Both the position numbers and the translations under genes were made by a program. DNA of 64,000 nucleotides. Origin: Alphaproteobacteria bacterium. GTDB lineage: Bacteria > Pseudomonadota > Alphaproteobacteria > UBA828. Within the stretch, counting starts at the first letter, position 1. Each line of letters starts with the position of its first letter. The notes under the pieces are model-generated. The model saw only the letters and a program-made list of their open reading frames with translations, was not told the origin of the DNA and did not search any database. The stretch covers positions 32,001 to 96,000 of the forward strand of contig CBDCQT010000005.1 of assembly GCA_965220745.1 (NCBI GenBank). The letters are read 5' to 3'. Of the stretch, positions 58,903 to 64,000 are shown piece after piece.

Positions 58903-60084
58903 TTACCGGTTGTCGTCGATCCAGGCGCCGAGCTGCGCGCGCTCTTCGTCCGTCATCTCGGTCTCGTTGCCGAGCGGCATGGAGCGGGTCTGGACGGTGA
59001 ATTTGTCCACCAGCTCCGCGTGACGGTGCAGGTCGTCGATGGTCTCCAGCACGATGTCCTTGGGCGGCGTGTCGAAGCTCTCGTGAGTCGGACTCGCGGC
59101 GTGGCAGGACACGCAGTGCTTGTCGACGATGGCCATGACCTCCACGTCCGAAACATCGAGGTCCAGGGTCTCCCGTTGCTGGGGCGAGGTCATCCACACG
59201 GCCGCGGCGAGGGCGACCAGCATGACAGGCAGGGTCCAAACGTATCGGGGAAACGGATCGCCGGCCTCGTGGCGGACAAAGGCATGGCGCAGGCTGGCGC
59301 CGCCGACGATGACGAAGGCGACGATCAGCCAGGCTTGCGGGTGCACCGACAGCATCGGGTAATGCCCGCCCACCATGGTCACGAGCACCGGCAGCGTCAG
59401 ATAGGTGTTGTGGACCGAGCGCTGCTTGCCGATGGCGCCGAACTTCGGGTCCGGCTCCCGCCCCGCCAGCAGGGCCTTGGTGATCTTCTTCTGGTTGGGA
59501 ATGATCACCGCGAACACGTTGGCCGCCATGAGGGTGCCGATGAAGGCGCCGACATGAATCAACGCGGCGCGGCCGGAGAACACGTTGGTGTAGAGGTAGG
59601 CCGCCAGAAGAATCCACAGGAACGTTACGATGGCGAGCAGGGTGGGCCGCGTGCCGACGGGCGAGCGGCAGAGGCCGTCATAAGCGAACCAGCCGACCGC
59701 AAGGCTCCCCACCGAGATACCGACCGCGTGCAGGGGCTCGAGGTCCAGGATCGCGGGGTCGATCATCCACGTCCCGGCACTGAGGTAGAACTGCACGATC
59801 AGAAGCAGGAAGCCGGTGAACCACGTCAGATACGCTTCCCACTTGAACCAGACCAGGTCGCCGGGCAGCTCCTTCGGCGCAACGGTGAACTTCTCGACGT
59901 GGTAGAAGCCGCCGCCGTGCACCTGCCACGCGGTGCCCAGCACGCCTTCCTTCATCTTCTCCCGCTTCCTCAGCTTGACGTCGAGAGCGATGAAATAGAA
60001 CGAGGTGCCGATCCAGCCGATGCCGGCGATCATGTGCGCCCAGCGAATCAGGAGATTGAGCCAGTCGAGGGCGAAAGCGGCCAA
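58903..60084 (-). CDS. puuD: Membrane urate hydroxylase with C-terminal cytochrome c
   Basis: RWAHMIAGIGWIGTSFYF, VHGGGFY, WFKWEAY, RSVHNTY and CVSCH. Confidence 0.88.
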   Translation of the reverse strand: MAAFALDWLNLLIRWAHMIAGIGWIGTSFYFIALDVKLRKREKMKEGVLGTAWQVHGGGFYHVEKFTVAPKELPGDLVWFKWEAYLTWFTGFLLLIVQFYLSAGTWMIDPAILDLEPLHAVGISVGSLAVGWFAYDGLCRSPVGTRPTLLAIVTFLWILLAAYLYTNVFSGRAALIHVGAFIGTLMAANVFAVIIPNQKKITKALLAGREPDPKFGAIGKQRSVHNTYLTLPVLVTMVGGHYPMLSVHPQAWLIVAFVIVGGASLRHAFVRHEAGDPFPRYVWTLPVMLVALAAAVWMTSPQQRETLDLDVSDVEVMAIVDKHCVSCHAASPTHESFDTPPKDIVLETIDDLHRHAELVDKFTVQTRSMPLGNETEMTDEERAQLGAWIDDNR

Positions 60085-60170
60085 GCGCGTGTCTCCTCGC
60101 GCTCACAACGACCGGCGCACCGGGCCCGCCTCGCGGCAGGAACGGTGCGCCGGCCAGTATCGGTAACGGA

Positions 60171-61241
60171 CTATTCTGGCAAGGTGTCGTCGACGCCCTG
60201 GACATACCAGTTGATGCCCGCGAGCGTCCCGTCGTCCATGACCTCGCCTTCCGCCACGGCCAGCGTGCCGTCCTGCTTGTACACGGGACCGGCAAAGGGG
60301 TTGAGTTCCCCGGAGGCGATTGCGGCTGCCGTTTCCGCAGCCGCCGCCGCGACGTCATCGGGCATGTTGGTGTAGGGCGCCATTACCACCGTACCTGCAG
60401 CCATCCCGGTCCATGTGTCCCCCGACTCCCAGGTTCCGTCGAGCACCGCCTGGGCGCGCTCAACGTAGTAGGGGCCCCACTCGTCGATGATCGCTGTGAG
60501 CTGCGCCTTGGGCGCGAAGTGGATCATGTCAGAGGCCTGACCGAAGCCGAGCACGCCCTGTTCTTCGGCGATCTGTAGCGGCGCCGTCGAATCGGTGTGC
60601 TGGGTGATGATGTCGGCACCCTGGCCGATCAGCACCTTCGCGGCATCGGCTTCCTTGCCCGGATCGAACCACGTGTTGACCCAGACCACCTTGAGCTTGA
60701 AATCGGGGTTCACGGTCTGCGCGCCCAGGATGAACGCGTTAATGCCCATCACGACCTCAGGAATGGGGAAGGACGCGATGTAGCCGGCAACCCCCGACTT
60801 CGACATCTTCGCGGCGATCTGGCCGATGACGTATCGGCCTTCATGGAAGCGCGCGTTGTAGGACGCGACGTTCTCGGACTGCTTGTAGCCGGTCGCGTGC
60901 TCGAACTTCACGTCGGGAAATCGCTTGGCGACCTTGATCGTCGGGTCCATGTAGCCGAAGGACGTGGTGAAGATCAGCCCGACACCCTGGCGCGCCAGTC
61001 GCTCGATGGCGCGTTCGGCGTCCGGCCCCTCCGGCACGTTTTCGACATACACGGTCTCGACCTGGTCACCCAGTGCCTCCTCGACCGCGAGGCGCCCCTG
61101 GTCATGAGCGTAGGTCCAGCCATGATCGCCGATGGGCCCGATATAGATGAACCCAACCTTGAGCTTGTCGGCAGCGGACGCGGCACCCGCGGCGAATGTC
61201 ATCGCCAGCGCGAGCGCGACCATTCCAATGAGCTTCTTCAT
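60171..61241 (-). CDS. BMP-family (purine/nucleoside) ABC substrate-binding protein
   Basis: GPIGDHGWTYAH, TSFGY and WFDPGKE. Confidence 0.92.
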   Translation of the reverse strand: MKKLIGMVALALAMTFAAGAASAADKLKVGFIYIGPIGDHGWTYAHDQGRLAVEEALGDQVETVYVENVPEGPDAERAIERLARQGVGLIFTTSFGYMDPTIKVAKRFPDVKFEHATGYKQSENVASYNARFHEGRYVIGQIAAKMSKSGVAGYIASFPIPEVVMGINAFILGAQTVNPDFKLKVVWVNTWFDPGKEADAAKVLIGQGADIITQHTDSTAPLQIAEEQGVLGFGQASDMIHFAPKAQLTAIIDEWGPYYVERAQAVLDGTWESGDTWTGMAAGTVVMAPYTNMPDDVAAAAAETAAAIASGELNPFAGPVYKQDGTLAVAEGEVMDDGTLAGINWYVQGVDDTLPE

Positions 61242-61334
61242 GATGCCTCCTTTCACGTCAGCAAGTTTTCTTGCGGTGCAACGATTCATTCCGCCAACGT
61301 TCATCGTAACGCGCCGGCGGCCGGCCGTCCCACT

Positions 61335-62255
61335 CTACCTCTCGGGCGCGAAGGGCTGCCCGATCATTGCGGGCGTGTTCATCCTGATCAAAGACCTGTT
61401 CCCAGAAATGATCACCAGCACCACTATCGTGACGAGGTAGGGCAGGGACGACAATAGCTGGGACGGGATTCCGACACCCAGACCCTGGACGTAGAGGCCC
61501 ATGATCCAGACCGTGCCAAAGAGATAGGCCCCGATCAGCAGACGCCCGGGCAGCCACGTGGAAAAGACCACCAGCGCGAGCGCGATCCAGCCGCGGCCCG
61601 CGCTCATGTTCTCGATCCACTGCGGTGTGTAGGCGAGCGCCAGATACGCGCCGGCGAGGCCCGAGCAGGCGCCGCCGAAGGCGATGCAGGCGTAGCGCAC
61701 CCTAATCACGCCGTAGCCCAAAGCATGGGCGGAATGGTGGTTGTTGCCCACTGCGTTGATGACCAGACCGATCCGGGTGCGAAACAGCACGTAGCTGACG
61801 GCCGCGATCAGCGCCAGCGAGATGTAAACCAGGATGTCCTGGCCGAACAGGATGGGCCCGATAAAGGGGATGTTTGTGAGCAGAGGGATGTGGATCGATT
61901 CGAGCTTCTCGCCGGGAAGCCCCGTGAACCCTTCGCCAATCAGGCCGGACAGCCCCAGGCCCAGCAGAGTGAGCGACAGCCCGGTCGCAACCTGCGAGGT
62001 CATCAAGGTTTGGGTCAGAAAGGCGAAGAGCATCGACGTGGCGACGCCCGCGTAGAGCCCGACCAGAATGCCGAGCAGTGCCGAGCCGGTCGTGTAGGCG
62101 GCGGCGAAGCTGCAGACCGCGCCCATGATCATCATACCCTCGACGCCCAGGTTGAGGACGCCCGAGCGCTCCGTGACGAGCTCTCCGGTCGCCGCCAGCA
62201 GCAACGGCGTGGACGCCGTGATGATCGTCAGAATAACGGCTTCGAGCGCTTCCAT
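61335..62255 (-). CDS. Nucleoside/purine ABC permease
   Basis: ERSGVLNLGVEG and GRGWIALALV. Confidence 0.92.
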   Translation of the reverse strand: MEALEAVILTIITASTPLLLAATGELVTERSGVLNLGVEGMMIMGAVCSFAAAYTTGSALLGILVGLYAGVATSMLFAFLTQTLMTSQVATGLSLTLLGLGLSGLIGEGFTGLPGEKLESIHIPLLTNIPFIGPILFGQDILVYISLALIAAVSYVLFRTRIGLVINAVGNNHHSAHALGYGVIRVRYACIAFGGACSGLAGAYLALAYTPQWIENMSAGRGWIALALVVFSTWLPGRLLIGAYLFGTVWIMGLYVQGLGVGIPSQLLSSLPYLVTIVVLVIISGNRSLIRMNTPAMIGQPFAPER

Positions 62256-62286
62256 CGACCGGTGCCTAAATCTCTCAGTTCAACTT

Positions 62287-63345
62287 CTAGCTGCGAACGA
62301 GCCTGATGCGGTAACGGATCAGCGTGTCGCAGGCCAGGATGAGGAACAGCAGCATGCCCTGGAACACCTGAGTCGTCTTGTCGGAGATGCCGAGTATCAC
62401 CTGCACCCCTTCTCCGCCCATGTAGCTGATCGCGAGCAGGACGCCCGCGAAGAAGACGCCGATCGGGTTCAGGCGACCCAGGAAGGCGACGATGATCGCG
62501 GTGAAACCGTAGCCCGGCGAGACGTGCGGTTGCAGTTGCCCACTCGGACCCGCGACTTCGCAGATGCCGGCCAGCCCCGCGAGGGCGCCTGACAGCATGA
62601 AGCAGAACAGGACCACCCGCTTCCCCTTGAAGCCGGCGAACGAGCCGGCGCGCGGCGAGGTGCCGACGACGCGGATTTCGAATCCGCGCAGCGTCCGTCC
62701 CATCATGAAGGCGACGATGATGACGGCGACGACGGCGAAGATGGCGCCGATATGCACCCGTCCCTCGCCCAGAGGCGGTATGACTTGCCAGCCCTCGAAC
62801 AATATGGACTGTGGGAAGTTGTAGCCGTCCGGGTCGCGCCAGGGCCCCCGTATCAGCCAGTCCAGCAGCAACTGGGCGACGTAGACCAGCATCAGGCTGG
62901 TCAGGATCTCGTTGGCGGAGAAACGGTTCTTCAGGAACGCCGGGATCGCGGCAAAGAGCGCACCGCCCGCGATGCCGAGAACGAGCATGAGGATCAGGAC
63001 CAGCGGCGACTGCCAGTCGGGGAAATAGATCGGGATGGAGGCGCCGACCAGGGCGCCCATCGTAAGTTGGCCCTCCGCACCGATGTTCCAGACATTGGCG
63101 GTGTAGCAGACGGCGAGACCGACGCCGATCAGGATGAGCGGTGCGGCCTTGACGATCACCTCTTCGATGGACCAGGCGCTGGTCAGTGGGTCGATGAAGT
63201 AAATGTAGAGCGCTTCGCCGGGATCGAACCCCAAGGCCACGAACATGATGGCGCCGAGCGCGAGCGTGATGCCGATCGCCAGCACAGGCGACAGAAACGC
63301 CATCAGCGTCGAACGCTGGCTGCGCCTTTCCAGCCTGAGGATCAC
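62287..63345 (-). CDS. Nucleoside/purine ABC permease
   Basis: WNIGAEGQ, NEILTSLML and GYGFTAIIVAFLG. Confidence 0.92.
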   Translation of the reverse strand: MILRLERRSQRSTLMAFLSPVLAIGITLALGAIMFVALGFDPGEALYIYFIDPLTSAWSIEEVIVKAAPLILIGVGLAVCYTANVWNIGAEGQLTMGALVGASIPIYFPDWQSPLVLILMLVLGIAGGALFAAIPAFLKNRFSANEILTSLMLVYVAQLLLDWLIRGPWRDPDGYNFPQSILFEGWQVIPPLGEGRVHIGAIFAVVAVIIVAFMMGRTLRGFEIRVVGTSPRAGSFAGFKGKRVVLFCFMLSGALAGLAGICEVAGPSGQLQPHVSPGYGFTAIIVAFLGRLNPIGVFFAGVLLAISYMGGEGVQVILGISDKTTQVFQGMLLFLILACDTLIRYRIRLVRS

Positions 63346-63998
63346 GCCTCTGCCCCGCGCTCGGCATCCCGGCCGGCTCTCTCGTGGGTGCCCGCCATCA
63401 GCAGGCCGATCCGTTCCGGGCTGAGCTCGCCCGCCGGGTAGGCGTCCGATAGCTCGCCGCGCGAGATCACCGCGATGCGATCGGCAATCTCGAAAATCTC
63501 GTCGAGGTCCTGGCTGATCATCAGCACCGCCGAGCCGCTCCGAGCCATGTCAACCAGGGACTGGCGAATGAACGCTGCCGCGCCCGCGTCGACTCCCCAG
63601 GTCGGCTGATGCACCACCAGGATACGAGGCCTGCGGGTCATCTCGCGGCCGACGACGAACTTCTGCAGGTTGCCGCCGGACAGCGCGCTCGCTTCAGGAT
63701 CAGCCAGGTTCTTGCGCACGTCGTAGTGCTCGGCGACGCCGGCCATCACATCCTTTGCCGCGCTACGGTTGATCAGGCCGTGCCGCACGACATCGTTACC
63801 GACGGCATGATGGGTGAGAACGAGGTTCTCCGAGAGTGGCAGGTCCGCAATGGCGGCGTGGCCGACGCGCTCCTCCGGCACGAAGGCAGCATCGCGGCGG
63901 CGCCTCTGCGTGATGTTATCGCGGCCGCAGGGTGCGCCCGCCAGCTTGACCGCATCTCCAGATTTGCTCGTTCGTTCGCCCGAGATGGCGTCGAAGAG
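63342..63998 (-). CDS. ABC ATP-binding protein, 3' part (continues beyond the window)
   Basis: Frame open to the window edge; LSGGNLQK, QPTWGVD and ISQDLDE. Confidence 0.9.
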   Translation of the reverse strand, partial: LFDAISGERTSKSGDAVKLAGAPCGRDNITQRRRRDAAFVPEERVGHAAIADLPLSENLVLTHHAVGNDVVRHGLINRSAAKDVMAGVAEHYDVRKNLADPEASALSGGNLQKFVVGREMTRRPRILVVHQPTWGVDAGAAAFIRQSLVDMARSGSAVLMISQDLDEIFEIADRIAVISRGELSDAYPAGELSPERIGLLMAGTHERAGRDAERGAEA

Positions 63999-64000
63999 CT

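Noticed and set aside
63773-64000. Frameshift in the terminal ABC ATPase
   Set aside because: The frame of 63342-63881 stays open to the window edge.

Overview
High-GC proteobacterial DNA; the gene content resembles marine sponge symbionts (inference). Left end (1-3581): right end of an integrative element, with a tyrosine integrase next to a 45-bp tRNA-Met(CAT) 3' fragment. A second near-identical fragment at 34987-35031, also next to an integrase, delimits a ~31.4-kb genomic island. The island carries decayed mobility genes (Cre-like recombinase, TraD/MobF relaxase fragments, IS3-family copies, an extra IHF-alpha) and a ~21-kb proteusin/NHLP RiPP cluster. The cluster encodes a precursor with core LCCCW, a YcaO cyclodehydratase, a flavin-dependent halogenase, a C39 peptidase-ABC exporter and an MMPL/LolA-like/beta-barrel trio. 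From memory, the precursor/YcaO/halogenase set matches the srp cluster described from sponge microbiomes. Four extra enzymes are the most interesting part: an NHLP leader fused to a class II terpene-cyclase-like domain, a putative prenyltransferase-fold protein, an AlkB-like diiron enzyme fused to a degenerate GlnE domain, and a Rieske oxygenase. Together they suggest a brominated, terpenylated (meroterpenoid) RiPP; this is a hypothesis. Right of the island: several TA modules (HigBA, HicAB, RelBE), IS remnants, a truncated HTTM gene, a putative periplasmic metal/di-heme module, a split cyclitol-type catabolic operon with sugar ABC transporter, glpK/glpD and a purine uptake/catabolism operon. 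All family calls come from motif recognition by eye; no searches were run.
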